From NCBI RefSeq assembly GCF_964355755.1, contig NC_092671.1, positions 1,054,001-1,118,000 on the forward strand: a DNA stretch of 64,000 nt, given 5' to 3'. How positions within the stretch are numbered: the first letter of the stretch is position 1; every line of letters starts with the position of its first letter. Shown piece by piece: positions 26,501 through 41,500 of the stretch. A program made the position numbers and the translations under genes. The DNA is from Antedon mediterranea (lineage: Eukaryota; Animalia; Echinodermata). The notes beneath the pieces were generated by a model. That model did no database searches, had not been told where the DNA came from, and saw only the letters and a program-made list of their open reading frames with translations.

Positions 26501-29500
26501 AGAACATGCCCTTCCAATAATTGTGTTTTCCCCATCTGCATAAACCAAACCTGCTTGTTATGTGCCAACGTTAGTTGCTGTAGTTTACTCTGTGTACTGT
26601 GAACTACGTATTCTTTTGCTTTTGTTGTTGTGTGTTTCCCGTAGCGATGTTTGCAGCAATGTTGCGTCATCGGTTAAAGAGAATGTACTTACCTAGCCAA
26701 GTAATGGGCATCATCTATAAGACTTGCTCTATCCGCTGGTGTAAACACGGTATGATCAGTCCACAACTGATCACTCAAACTGTTCCAGTTGTCATCATTG
26801 TAATTGACACGATAGAATCCAGCTTGCCCCAAATTTCCTTTAAACCATTTTACAGAGCTGGCAATTTCTATATTAGAGTCTGAAAATATCAAGTAAATTC
26901 TTTGAAGAGACTCTATTCTTTGAAGAGACTCTATTCTTTGAAGAGACTCTATTCTTTGAAGAGACTCTATTCTTTGAAGAGACTCTATTCTTTGAAGAGA
27001 CTCTATTCTTTGAAGAGACTCTATTCCTAGAAGAGACTCTATTCCTTGAAGAGACTCTATTCTTTGAAGAGACTCTATTCTTTGAAGAGACTCTATTCTT
27101 TGAAGAGACTCTATTCTTTGAAGAGACTCTATTCTTTGAAGAGACTCTATTCTTTGAAGAGACTCTATTCTTTGAAGAGATTCTATTCTTTGAAGAGATT
27201 CTATTCTTTGAAGAGACTCTATTCTTTGAAGAGACTCTATTCTTTGAAGAGACTCTATTCTTTGAAGAGACTCTATTCTTTGAAGAGACTCTATTTTTTG
27301 AAGAGACTCTATTCTTTGAAGAGACTCTATTCTTTGAAGAGACTCTATTCTTTGAAGAGACTCTATTCTTTGAAGAGACTCTATTCTTTGAAGAGACTCT
27401 ATTCTTTGAAGAGACTCTATTCTTTGCCTTTATTCATCCACAATTACAATGGTTAATAGCACCAAAAGAAGCGAGTGCTTGTCAGTTTGGATACCATTTA
27501 CATGTACAGTACACACATACCAGACAACATTCATGAAACAAAAATATATGTACATAATATTGATTCATATTCACGAGGGGGCTTGTATTACAGCATATAA
27601 TGTTTTGCCCTAAGTACCGCATTTGCAGGAACAAGTACTACCTCATATTTTGCATGATTCCCCAATTTGAATATGCCTTATTAGGATGTGATAGCACGTT
27701 GTACTAAAATGCATGTTTCTTAAGACATTGCTTACAGTTTTCAAATATATAGATTTTCATGGGCATTAAAAACAGAGTTTATCTAACAGTTTAAAACATT
27801 ACCTTGATCATCATTTTGTATAACAGTGGAATATTCCTCGCCACTATCATCAGTGTACGTTAGAGGAATTACCCATAAGCTCCTGAAATTAAACATTATA
27901 TTTTTTTTAAATATCACTAATTATTATGAGATGTAGCTCTACATACGAAGTATGCATAAATAAAAAATAAAATGCATTAATATTGATTAATAATTATTTA
28001 AAATTTAAAAAGAAATTATTTAATGCAATGTTAATGTATGTATTAATGATACTCAAAAAAATCTAAAAGGTACTTTAAGGTATGTTGAATTGTGTGCTGT
28101 AAGTTGTTTAAAAAACAATTTATATTAATGATAATGTTAAAGGTTTTTTTTAAAGGGGGGGGGGGGTGCAGTTAGGGGTGTGTTATAGGGAGGGGATGAG
28201 AGTGAGAGTGACCTACTTTTTCCCAGGTGTATAGCCATCCTTTAATAAAAATTGTTTTTGTGAAACGGTTATGTTCTTCTCGTTGTCTCGTGACATGTTA
28301 ACCACTGGGTAACCTTGTTGTATCGTCCACGTATCCATCATTTTCTTCACTTCACCTCCATCATCCTGCAAGACAGAAATTATTACAAAATTAAAACAAA
28401 AGCAAAAGTCAAATTATTAAATATCAGTCACAAATGAAAGAAGTGGTTACACCATTGGATAGAAAATATTTTGACTCTGAAGACAGCATGCACAGAAGAA
28501 CAGCATTAGTTTTCACCTCTGACCTTTCAAAAATAAAAATGTCAACCTTTTAAATAAAAATATCTCAGTTGTGACACACTGACATTTAAAAAGGTAATAA
28601 TACTGTAAATAAAAATTATTGTGAATTTTGAAATTTTAAATTTTGAAAAACACAAACATTCTGTATTCACCTCATTAAAAACCCCACACAACAATATTTT
28701 ATCATCACAATAGTTTATGAATAATGTAACATTAACAGTAAGGAATAATGATAATATTAATAATAATATAATCAATAAATATATAAAATAAAAGAATTGA
28801 TTAAAACTGTCTCTGAAATCTATTCACATTATTATTTCTTGCGCAAAATTGTAACAAATACAGTAGTGTATATATATGACCATAATATCATGCTAGAGAA
28901 TAATCCTGTCTTGCACTAATTTAGGTTAAAATCAACGACTTTGGTAAATTCATCCAATTCCAGTATTACTGTATTCCACCCCCTAAATGTTTGCCAAGTT
29001 GAAACACTGCCACTATACTCGGTAATAAACAGTGTATAACAAATATTGACATAAAATACTTTTTGTCTTGAGTGTATAATTTAACAGAAGATAAAAAGCA
29101 AAACAACAGTTCTTTTATTTATAAAATATACATCAAAATAAATAAAATTAAAGAGAAATTCTATAAAAAGAAATTTCATTACCTTTATTTAAATATGTAT
29201 TTTCAATATTTAAATATGTATTTTCAATATTTAACTGATCATATTGTTTGTAAACCATATAATATCAAGCTAGTGACTATCAAAATGATGAATGACCTTT
29301 CATTTTTAATAATTTAGTGAATCTCATAGGAATTAGCGTGAGTATCAACAGCTGTTAGGCAAACTAATTAAAACAAGTCTGTTGCTTTTATTTTATACCA
29401 TAATACTTTAATCCAAACAAGTACAACAACAATATATACTCCTATTTTAATACAAGTTCGTAATTAAACCTACACTATACCATTATCATATGGGTGTGTG

Positions 29501-32500
29501 TATAATCAGGGAAAAGTGTAATTTTATAATATTAATTTTTTTTAAATTTATGTGAATTTTACATATCCTGCTGTAAAAGCCAATAATAAGTTTGTGGTAA
29601 CAAATAGTATTTATAGTCTCAAATCATTATCATAGCGGGATGGGCGCAGGGGGTGGTGGTATAGGCAGGAGGTGGTGTTGGGGTGCCACTCTGTACACAC
29701 CAATGATGAATTGTAGAGACAACTTACTTCTTATCAATATTTAGTACTGTACCTGGTTTGATAACGCTTTCCATAAGTCATCACTATCAGCATTGCCATA
29801 AGCATGATTGTTTAGATATTGTTTAAGTCCGGTTAGAAACTTCTCTTTGCCCAGGTATGCCTGTAACATTCTAATTATACAGGCACCCTACATAAAAAAA
29901 AAAGAAACAATTATCAATTAAAGTACACCTGTTTATAAATAATAAATATAATATAATAATAAAGAAAAATAACGATAAAAAAGTAATGAGGTTTCAACTA
30001 CATCATGGTGTCATTCAAAGCAATGTAAGTATTATGGTTTAATACAGTATAACATTTTTGCTTATATTATGTTTTTATGTTTATTTTATTTATCTTTTCC
30101 AAAAAGAAACTGTGCATGTCTTATTCATTTTACTTTATTTAAGTACATTTCAGTTATTTTAATTCTGTGAATCAAATAACATATTTAGTCATCTATTGAA
30201 CATCAAATGAATACATTAATAATTGACTCAAAATCAGTTATTAATTGGGTTAGAAGCAGGTACACAAACCAAACCGTATCAAAATAGTTGTAGTAGATGA
30301 TTGTCCTATCAAGGATATCACCGTTCACTCTACTTATTATTATCATAAATAGCAATAAAGCCATATGGCAGCTTAGGCTTTCATGCTGTCATCAGCAATA
30401 TTTTATATTGCAACCTCAAAAAATAATAAGCCATTATTACTTTTTGATACTGTATCTAAGATGTAATATGTTGTAGTGTATTATTTTCAGTATCTACATC
30501 ACCATTGATTTATACATTACTTTAAACAAATTTCTGAATCTATCTAGCAAATTATATTTCACTTTTATTCAAATATCAAAAATCAACCATAATTACAACT
30601 CGTGGCTAAGAATCAAATTGCGTGTAAATATACATGTCATAATAAAAATATATTTATATATATATACATATAACAAAGTATTTTAGTACTGACTCATACA
30701 GGATTTGAACCCTGGACTGTGGGATTGGAAGATGTGCATGTTTATTATCACATTATTCATCTTTACTTTAATATACAACATTTCTTTCTTCAATCATACT
30801 GAGCCTCATGACTTGGAAATTTAAGTAAGCACTCACACTAAGCCTCATTACTTAAAAGTTTAAATAAGCACTCACACTAAACCTTATTACTTTGAAGTTT
30901 AAGTAAGCACTCACACTAAGCCTCATACTTTGAGGTTTAAGTAAGCACTCACACTAAGCCTCATACTTTGAGGTTTAAGTAAGCACTCACACTAAGCCTC
31001 ATACTTTGAGGTTTAAGTAAGCACTCACACTAAGCCTCATACTTTGAGGTTTAAGTAAGCACTCACACTAAGCCTCATACTTTGAGGTTTAAGTAAGGCG
31101 TCATCTACAAATTATTTCAGACCACAAATCAGCGTCCAGACGCGTTTTCTATTGTTTACCCAAAAACGCGTCTCAAAACCCGTCTGATTTGGCTGCGTCT
31201 AGACGCCAATATGCATGTTCGACTATGGCCCCGCCCCTATATACGGCTGACTGCACATTGTTATACAGTACTGTGTACTGGTGTTAAACGCGCTACATAC
31301 AAGTGAATTCATTGAGAGCGTGATATTAAATTATTATTTACAACCGGCAGTAAGACAAACTAATCAGTACAGGTATACCCTTTAACCGCCGACAGAGTAT
31401 ACTGTAAAGCGCACATTTTCGTTCCTATTTATTCGCGACCTTTTATGTTTGCGATTTTATTTTTCTTGTGCTAAAGAGTGAATTTACCACATGCAAAAAC
31501 GTTAAAGTTAACTTTTGGAACATGGAATCACTCAAACTATTGACCTACAGTACAGAAAGAAAATACTGCAACTTTACCTACGAAGTAGCTTCGTAGGCTA
31601 CGTTGTTGGCTTCGAAGGTTCCATTGTTTGGCTTCGTAACCTCAATAAACAACTTTCAATGAGCTACGTTCTGAACTTCGTAGGGAGTTCGTAACCTAAA
31701 TAAACAACCCTACGATGTTCTTAGTGAAGTAAGAAGGTGTGAAATTAATGTGTTAAATTTAACTGGCGGAGGACTAAGTTGTAAACATATAATATTTTTT
31801 AATCGTGATCGTTTCCTTCGTGCGTGTTTACCTAATCAACGGCGAATATAAATATAAATTTCCCACGATGTAAACGTAGAGACATGCGATCCAACACAGG
31901 TGAACCTCAACAAACAGGCCAACTAATAAACATATTATAGCGAATGTCCAGTCCATCCAGAATGATGCCGAGAAAAAAAGATCGTACACAATTCATTCTA
32001 AATATAGTATCAGAACGTTTTCAGTCGGCCGCTCAAAAAGACTGCCGACAGAAGACAGTAATAAATACAGACCTAGTTTTTTTTGTCACATGGCATGAAA
32101 CGCGATACTCTGGCGGCTGCCGTCTGACGACGATAAAACAGTAATTAAGATCGTGTACCTGGATTTTGTGTCACATGACATGAAACATAATACTCTCTCT
32201 CTAGCTAGCTCTAAACTGCTCACATGTTTTTCCCCTCCAAATTCTGGTCGAGCCTTTTTCTTTACACATGTCGTAATCATTTTAAAAGGCCTATGTTAAA
32301 TCTTAATATGGAATATATATTTATTTTTCATATCCTAGCCTAGGCGTCGTTGTTTTTTTAATTCGCTAACCCAAGGTAGGAGCGTTAAATAATTTATAGG
32401 CAACCTAGGCCTAGGCCTAGTATAGGCCGCCGAAACTAGGCTAGCCTAGACTTTCTTTCTTTCTGCCTGAGCTGAGGTCCACAGGCCCGATGTCGTCTCA

Positions 32501-35500
32501 TCGGCGAATTTCCGTCCAAATTAGGATAACCTAGGCCTAGTCTCAGATTTGTTGGTTCTGTGAAATGATACCAATGTTGTTTCACCATACAAGCAATACA
32601 GACGGGTTTTAATCACTCAGACGCGTTTTCTATTGTTTTACCTACTAAACAGCGAAGACGGGTTTTAATCACACAGACGCGTCTTCGCCGCGATTGGGTA
32701 GCTCATGAATATTCATAATAGATCGTTAATGAGGTTCAGCATTGGACAGACGCGTCTGATGGGTTGCAAGTTTTCAGACGCGTCTCTGTGGTCTGAAATA
32801 ATTTGTAGATGACGCCTAAGCACTCACACTAAGCCTCATTATACTTTGAGGTTTAAGTAAGCGCTCACACTAAGCCTCATTATACTTTGAGGTTTAAGTA
32901 AGCACTCACACTAAGCCTCAAACTTTGAGGTTTAAGTAAGCACTCACACTAAGCCTCATTATACTTTGAGGTTTAAGTAAGTGCTCACACTAAGCCTCAT
33001 TATACTTTGAGGTTTAAGTAAGCACTCACACTAAGCCTCAAACTTTGAGGTTTAAGTAAGCACTCACACTAAGCCTCATTATACTTTGAGGTTTAAGTAA
33101 GCACTCACACTAAGCCTCATACTTTGAGGTTTAAGTAAGCACTCACACTAAGCCTCAAACTTTGAGGTTTAAGTAAGCACTCACACTAAGCCTCATTATA
33201 CTTTGAGGTTTAAGTAAGCGCTCACACTAAGCCTGTTTTTCAGTAGTAACACTAATTACCTTATCATATGAAATAGCATCAAAGACAGCAGCAATTTGAC
33301 TGGGTTCCTGTACATTCACCGATATTGGATGAGAGCTCTGTAAGCAGTCCATGGCCATCGCTGTATGAGTTGCATACAAAATAAACTGGTCCATCTGCAA
33401 TTATAAAGACAGAAAATGCTCAAAATAAACACATCACTTATCATGATAAATAATGCATATAGAGACAGATAGCTTTTAAAGACTGCTAAAACCTTCTTTC
33501 ACAATTATAACTTCTCTATAGAATTAATTTAACAAAAGTTCAAAATCCAAGTAACTAATGAAATTCTAAAATTTGAGGGATATCTGTTTATGATAAATGA
33601 AAAAACTGCCAAATTCATATTCGTGTTAGTAAATTGCATAGCAAGTGGTTTACACTACAGTATTGCCACCTTTAATAAGGATAATGAATGAATTCTCCTA
33701 TGGTTATCCTTGGCAATTTTATAAAAAAAAATATTTCCTAGTTTCATAGTCTGAACAGGTGCTTAGAGTTTTCCCAAAACATTGTTGACTTGTCAGGTAT
33801 GATTGAACCTAGAATGATGACTTTACAAACCATGTGCCAGTCTTTGTTCCAATTGTCAGTTCCAACATACTCAACATAGCTTGCAAATCCTTCATTTAAC
33901 CAGAGATCATTCCACCATTTCATCGTCACTAAATTTCCAAACCACTGAAAGTTAATGTTAAAGAAAAACAGAATTGAGTGGTCATCATGTCACATTTAAA
34001 AGTTGTTTGGTCTCTGAATGTGTAAAAGTGATACTAATATCAAGGTGGTTAACAAGTTTGATTACCAATCCCAGGGTCTTGGGTTCAAGTCTTGACTCTG
34101 TCACTTTATAGCACCAGTCTCATGTGGAATTAATTTTACTTGACCCCAGTGTACAGGGCAACTCAGCACATGTCATGGATCAAACATAACAACACAGTAC
34201 AAGCATAATTCTGATGTGAACCAACCTGATGAGCTAACTCATGTGTGACGACAATTGAGATCCTTTGCTGCTGCTGAAGTGTAGTGACATGTTCTTTATA
34301 CAACACATCAACTTGTCTGTATGTTATCAGTCCCCAGTTCTCCATTGCCCCAGCCGCAAAATCAGGAATAGCTACCATATCTTGAAATAATTAAACAGTC
34401 ATGTTGTATTGTTGTTTATGGATCATTGGGAGCATTATCCATCATCCAAAAAGGGGAGGGGGGGGGGGCAGAGAAATGGTAAAGGGGTCATGGAATATTT
34501 CCCCCTCCCTTTGAAATAACATTCATTTTCATTAAAAAAATTCTGTTATGTAATTTTATGTTTTTGTTTGTTCTTGTAGTTTTATTAAGAACATTTTTTT
34601 ATTATGTACTTTGTTGTGACAATAAACACCGAAATGTTCTGAAGGCAAACACTGTAACTATCAACATTCATAAAAAGACTTTATATAGGTAAACACAACA
34701 AGGCACCTCCATGGCATAGTTCTCATGTAATGTGATTTAACATGATGTTGAATTATGTAAGTAGAGACATGCTTGGGGCCACAGCACCGCTAACAAAAAT
34801 CACTTATCATAATATGTTATGGTGAAACGAATGACATCATTGTATTCTGCCATTGAACATGATGTAGGTCGTATACTGAATAACAATTCAACATCTACTC
34901 TTTAGCTCTGTCTACACTATCAAACTAGTTTGACAAAAAAATTGTGATATTCCCAAAAATGGTAGTGATATGACATCATCATGTCCATATATGGAGTGAA
35001 TACATACCTTGTTTTGGTAATGGATAAGCAAAGCCGAAATAGTCTTCATAAAATTGTATTGTTTTGTTTAGAACTTCAAAAGCCAAATCCATTTCATCGA
35101 TTTGTCTACCGGGAGCATGAACGCCAATCTGCAAAAATTATATTATTTTTTTCTAAGCAGACAAATAAATAAGAAATATTTGAGCATAGTTTTCTCCGCA
35201 ATTAAAATATACTTAGGTATCGCATCTAAGAAACATAATATAATATAATATATATATATATATATTGTTATTGCACAATCTGTGCTTTCCTTTTTAAGAG
35301 TCAATTGACTTCTAGAAGCCACTACAACATACTCTAATGTACATACTCTAGTGCCATGAAGTTTTAAATAACATTATATTAACATTTATGATTTTCTTGT
35401 AAAACAATCTTCATACATCTCTGAATCTATATGTTTCACATTTTTTTTATATACTGTTAACATTGTTGGGATTTTTAAAAAGGGAATTGATCGGATGGAT

Positions 35501-38500
35501 GGTTGAGGCTTATTTTTAGAAATGTCTTCAATCTGTTCCTATACCATAGCAATAATAAATACAGATATTTTTACAAATAATAATATATAAATTCAAAGGC
35601 AAATTACTGAAAAAATGACAATGCTGTGGGTATCAGTGGCTGCATCTCAATGGAGATACAAAAAAAAGAAAAAAGCTAAATCAAAACGATAAAGTAAAAC
35701 AGCCAGAAAAATTAGCAGAGCTTTCAGACAACACTAGCCCTTCATCAGTGCAAACCATCAGACTTTTAAATGAAGCATAAATTGTGATCTTTTTATCTGT
35801 ATTATTATTATGATGTTTTTTATATTTTAATGTTAAAGTGTTTTATATATTTTATAAATTAAATAAATTAATTTATATATTAAATTTTAATCTCCTGAAT
35901 CCTATTCAATTTTAATACCTTGTCATTTTTACACCGTGTTTCATAACTTATATTTTTTTGTGCAATTATGTGTGTGTATATAATATATTTTATTGTATAT
36001 CTATTCATTATTTTACTAATAATTGTCAATCTTCAAGAAGAATTTCTGTTGTTATTTTATGATGATGATGGACAAATAAAGCATTTCAGTATTCAGTATT
36101 CAGTAAACAAATAAAACACCTTACATATAGTGTTCTTAAATATGTTAATATTTTTTTTACCAAATGTTTTAAATATTTTTATATTCTATACTATGAAATA
36201 AATTCATATTTGAGGATGAAATGAAGTGAAATTAGAATATATATAATAATAATAATATATAATACACAACATTGTATTTTAGATTTCATTCCACAGATTG
36301 ATTTGATTGTCATGGTCATTTAAAACAACCTGAAGCATGAACAAGGGGTCAGAGACCCGGCTTTTAAAATTTCAGATTCATAAAGTGTGAGTCACTGTGT
36401 TTCCGTCTTTGTACATCTTTGACAGCAAATTGGAATAAATAACCTTATGTCCTGGCAACTAGCCAACTTACACAATTTTATGCTAATATTGTAATAAAAG
36501 ACAGAAATAATATTATGTAACTTTAAATTCCATATTTTGAATGTTAATGTTCATTCAACCAAGGGGCACAACCAAGTAAATCACTTTTATTAAATAAATC
36601 AAATGCTACATTATGTTTATTATATAGGTATATGTTCAATGTATTTGTATGTTACCCCTCCTGTTTATTGACAATTCTTTTTTTGCTGTTGGTTTGGGTT
36701 TTGAAATAAAACAAAAATAAACTTAAAGTATCAATTATTAACTATTAACTAATCTTTTGCATTGTATATTTAAAAATTCAGGGATTCATTTTAATAATAT
36801 GCATGTTATGTGTACTATAAAGCATATCTAGGGTTGTACATAAGTTAAATTTTAGTACAGTAGCTGTTCTTATACAGAGTAGTACATTGTAGGTTATATA
36901 AAGTTCATTTTTGGTTAAAAGTAGCGGCTGATTGATAGACATGTAGTTTTTATAACGGTTGAATTATTATAAAGACGCATATATTACAGCAACAGCACAG
37001 ATTGTATGTTACAAAATACATTCAGAGGACGAAAAAAAAGAAGAATGCTCTTGAATTTCATTAATAAAAATCAAAGCTGAATTTACATTTGATGTTTCAT
37101 TATATATGTACTATATGTGCTATGTGCTATATGTGCTATATGTGCTATATGTATTATATGTACTATATGTGCTATATGTGCTATATGTGCTATATGTATT
37201 ATATGTGCTATATGTGCTATATGTATTATATGTACTATATGTACTATATGTACTATATGTACTATATGTGCTATATGTACTATATGTACTATATGTGCTA
37301 TATGTACTATATGTACTATGTGTACTATGTGTACTATATGTACTATGTACTATATGTACTATGTACTATATGTACTATGTACTATATGTACAATATGTAC
37401 TATATGTACTATATGTACTATATGTACTATGTACTATATGTACTATATGTACTATATGTGCTATATGTATTATATGTGCTATATGTGCTATATGTGCTAT
37501 ATGTACTATTTGTACTATATGTACTATATGTACTATATGTACAGTACTATGTACTATGTACTATGTACTATATTTACTATATGTACTATGTACTATATGT
37601 ACTATATGTACTATATGTACTATGTACTATATGTACTATGTACTATATGTACTATATGTACTATATGTACTATATGTACTATATGTGCTATATGTACTAT
37701 ATGTACTATATGTACTATATGTACTATTTGTACTATTTGTACTATATGTACTATGTACTATATGTACTATGTACTATGTACTATATGTACTATATGTACT
37801 ATGTACTATATGTACTATATGTACTATATGTACTATGTACTATATGTTAGTACTATGTACTATATGTACTATATGTACTATATGTACTATGTACTATATG
37901 TGCTATATGTGCTATTTGTACCATGTGCTATATGTGCTACATGTGCTACATGTGCTACATGTGCTACATGTGCTACATGTGCTACATGTGCTACATGTGC
38001 TACATGTGCTACTTGTGCTACTTGTACTACTTGTACTACTTGTACTACTTGTACTATTTGTACTATTTGTACTATTTGTACTATATGTATGTTTTTTTTA
38101 TTTCATAGAAATTCATAATTTTAAATAAGATTTATTGATAATACTGTATAGACTCTCAACCAATCAAAACAAAGAAACAGAAAAACAAATGTTACTTTAA
38201 TAGATTAGAACACTGAAGAATTTTATACATAAATTATATTTAATTTTGAACCTACCTTTAAACCATCTCGTATAGTTGAGGTTTTATTTTCAAATTCTGA
38301 AACGACAAACGCAACTAAGTATGTGCTCATTTCGAACGATTTTTCAAAAACATCCATCTCTAAGTTGTCGCTAGAAGAAGTTGTGTTAACTAGAGGCATG
38401 TTGAATAACGTATGGTATTGCGGCTCTCGGACCATGTTTAACTTGAATGTGGCTTTGAATCCTGGTTCATCAAAACATGGGAATGCAGCGCGTGCGTCTG

Positions 38501-41500
38501 ACGCCTCAAACTGCGTCGTAGCTATCGTTCTAATAAAAACAAATTCACAAAGTTTATTCCAAAATGGCAAATTATGATTTACTTTATTTCATTCATTCAT
38601 TTTATTTACACAAAGAAAAATTCAAAGTATATTGACAAAATATGAATCAAATTAAAAGTAAAATGCCTTGTATCTGGAGAAACTCGAATAAACTCAGAAA
38701 AAAAGTTGTTATAAAAAAAATTTGGATCAATGATCATAGACAGAGACAAACGGAGGTTACAGACGGTACATACACTACGCAAGAGACACAATATGGACGA
38801 AGACAAGACAAACAAATAAATAAGGGTAAAAGAGGTGTTTCAAATAGGTCAAAATTTTGGGTGTAATATTAAGTTGGTTTGTATAATAGATATTTAGTCC
38901 AGTAAAAATATGGTTGAACCTAGAACAAATTGCAACAGAATTTTTTTTTTTTTTTATTTGGTTGATATGGTGAACATGAACATCATATCCAAAATTTACC
39001 AAAATCGGACATCGGGAAGTGGGTTAATTAGCATAAATTCAAAATGGCCGCCATTTGCTAAACCCAACCGCTAAGGAGATACAGGGCTTCAAAATGGTAT
39101 AGTAAATAGCAGCCATTTTGAATTGATGCTAATTGACCCCCTTCTTGAAGTCTGATTTTGGTGAACTTAGGATATCATGTTCATTTCATTGTTAGAAAAT
39201 TGTGTTCCTGCAGTTTCTACATTTTTTAGCATGGGATAATGCAATTTAAGCAGTTATAACATAATATATGACGTCACAACTACCTCATATTTACGTCATA
39301 TGGCAATTTAAATATGCTAATTGGAAAGTTTAATATTACATTTATATCTACTCGTAATGAACTTGGGTGGTCTAAAACCAAGCGTTAAGGAGATATGGAG
39401 CTTCAAAATAGTATGATAAATAGCGGCCATTTTTAATGTATGCTAATTAACCCACTTCCTGACGTCCGATTTTAGTAAACTTTGGAAATAATGTTCATTT
39501 CAACAAGGAGAATGTCAAGAAACATGTTTTCTTGCAGTTCCTAAATTGTTCGCATAGTATAATGTCATTTAAACAGTTATAACATAATATATGACGTCAC
39601 AACTACCATATGACGTCATAGGTACGTCATATGGGAATTTAAATATGCTAATTAGAATGTTTAATATCACATTTATATCTACTCGTAATGCACTTAGGTG
39701 GTCTAAATCCAACTGTTAGAGAGATATGAGGCTTCAAAATAGCAAATGGCGGCCATTTTGAATTTATGCTAATTAATTCACTTCCCGATGTCCGATTTTG
39801 GTAAACTTTGGATATGGTATTCATTTGAACCATATTTACCAGACAAAACAAACAAAAATTCTGTTGCAATTTGTTCTAGGTTCACCCTATTTTTGACTTA
39901 TCTTTACTGGACTACAGTAATTAGGAATTTTTTGTATTTTGATTTAAATGTGATGAAACTGAGTTCTATTTGATAGCACAATTATATAACCAGGTTGACG
40001 ACCTCCTTGATGTAACATACAAAATATAATTTGTTTTCATGAGGTTTAATAAAAAATGGTAATACTCAATTTAATTAATTTCAAAATCATAAATATAGAG
40101 TGTAATATGTGACACACAAATGGAGAGAAGAAACTACTAAAAAAAATTACAAAATAAAAATTCAATATTTTCCCTTTTTTTGGTTGATTTAGAGTGAACA
40201 TACACTTAAGTTAATGTGATATCAGTAGTAGGAGCTTAATATTCATACAGTAGGTACAAATTAAGAGCGAGGAAAGCTAACAAACAAGGAAAGAAATGCT
40301 AGCCACCTTATCCACGTAAATTATTTGGCTTTTCCAAAGAAAGTTTGGTTTTCCCCAAAGTTTGGTTTTTCTAATACAATTACAGGGAATAGAAATTCTG
40401 ATTTATTTACTGATGAAGGGTTCTAGCAGGGAGCAACAATGGTTACAGTAAAGCTCTGTCTATACTATTAAACTACCTGTAGTATGACAAAAAAAGTGTG
40501 ATGTGCCCAAATAAGGTAGTGATATGCCCAAATATGATAGTGATATGTCCATATATGGGCACATCACATTTTTTGTCACATAAATATTAAACAGTGTAGA
40601 ACCAAATCTTATTACAAAGTTTCCAATATTGTTCAGTCTATTACTTTATTTGGGTTAATTATTCACTCGATAGTAAAAAAACAAAGAAGAAGCTAATTAC
40701 GCAAAAAATGATTTAATCTAATTTAAAGAACAAAGGAAAAATGATTTCAGCTACTGAACACGTCTAAGTTTACTTATGTCTTAGTTTTTAAATCACTATA
40801 TGAATCATACGATGAAAAAAACGCAAAATAATAAATGTAGAGTGACTTCTGTGATTCATACTACTGTCACGCATTTTCAGGAAGTGTCGAAGGCCTTTGT
40901 ACATAACCACTCGCCAAATCTTGGTTCTAAACCAAACTTTGCAGACATATTCCATGTTGGGTGCGACTACTAAGAGACGGTTATTGTAACTAAAACAGAT
41001 TGAAGCTGTTCTTGATTCTGACTTGGAAGATAAAGGGACAATAGTGAACTCAGGAAAAGTAGAAAGTTGATGGAATGATTCTGCTGATATCATGTGGAAT
41101 ACTCTGACGATGAAACTTAATGATACTGCTGATGGCTGTATAGGCAAGACCTGGTTATTATCAACATACTTTGGTATTGTTAAGCAAATTCGGTAAGCAA
41201 ATATTGTAGCTGTAATTTAGTATGTTATTCCTTAACAATGCGCGTCCCCTGTTGATCCTTTCATGGTCTATTTGCTATACAGGCTTTTTTTAAACTTATT
41301 TATTATCTTAATGTAACTCATTTTTAGTGGGCCACCTATTACAAGTCCCTTGGGGTTTCCTGAAGGTTCCTTTCATCTACTTTAAATTTGTTTTACTCCT
41401 TTTTGTTTATGTGTATTGTTTTAAATGAAATGAACAAATAGATTGATTTGAAAAAAGGGTAAAGGGTCTTTTCAGACACTTTTTAAAAATTGTTTGGGAC

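Noticed and set aside
27046-27456. (LKRLYS)n ORF resembling a neuropeptide precursor with KR sites
   Set aside because: 18-bp intronic repeat, antisense to the host gene, with a TTG start and no signal peptide.
28155-29690. Poly-G tracts and G-quadruplex-like runs near exons
   Set aside because: Short simple runs on the non-sense strand with no evidence of function.
30695-30755. tRNA-like B-box sequence
   Set aside because: No cloverleaf; more consistent with a decayed SINE head.
37089-38128. ORFs of 250-340 aa (YMY/VLY/CTI repeats)
   Set aside because: Microsatellite translation.
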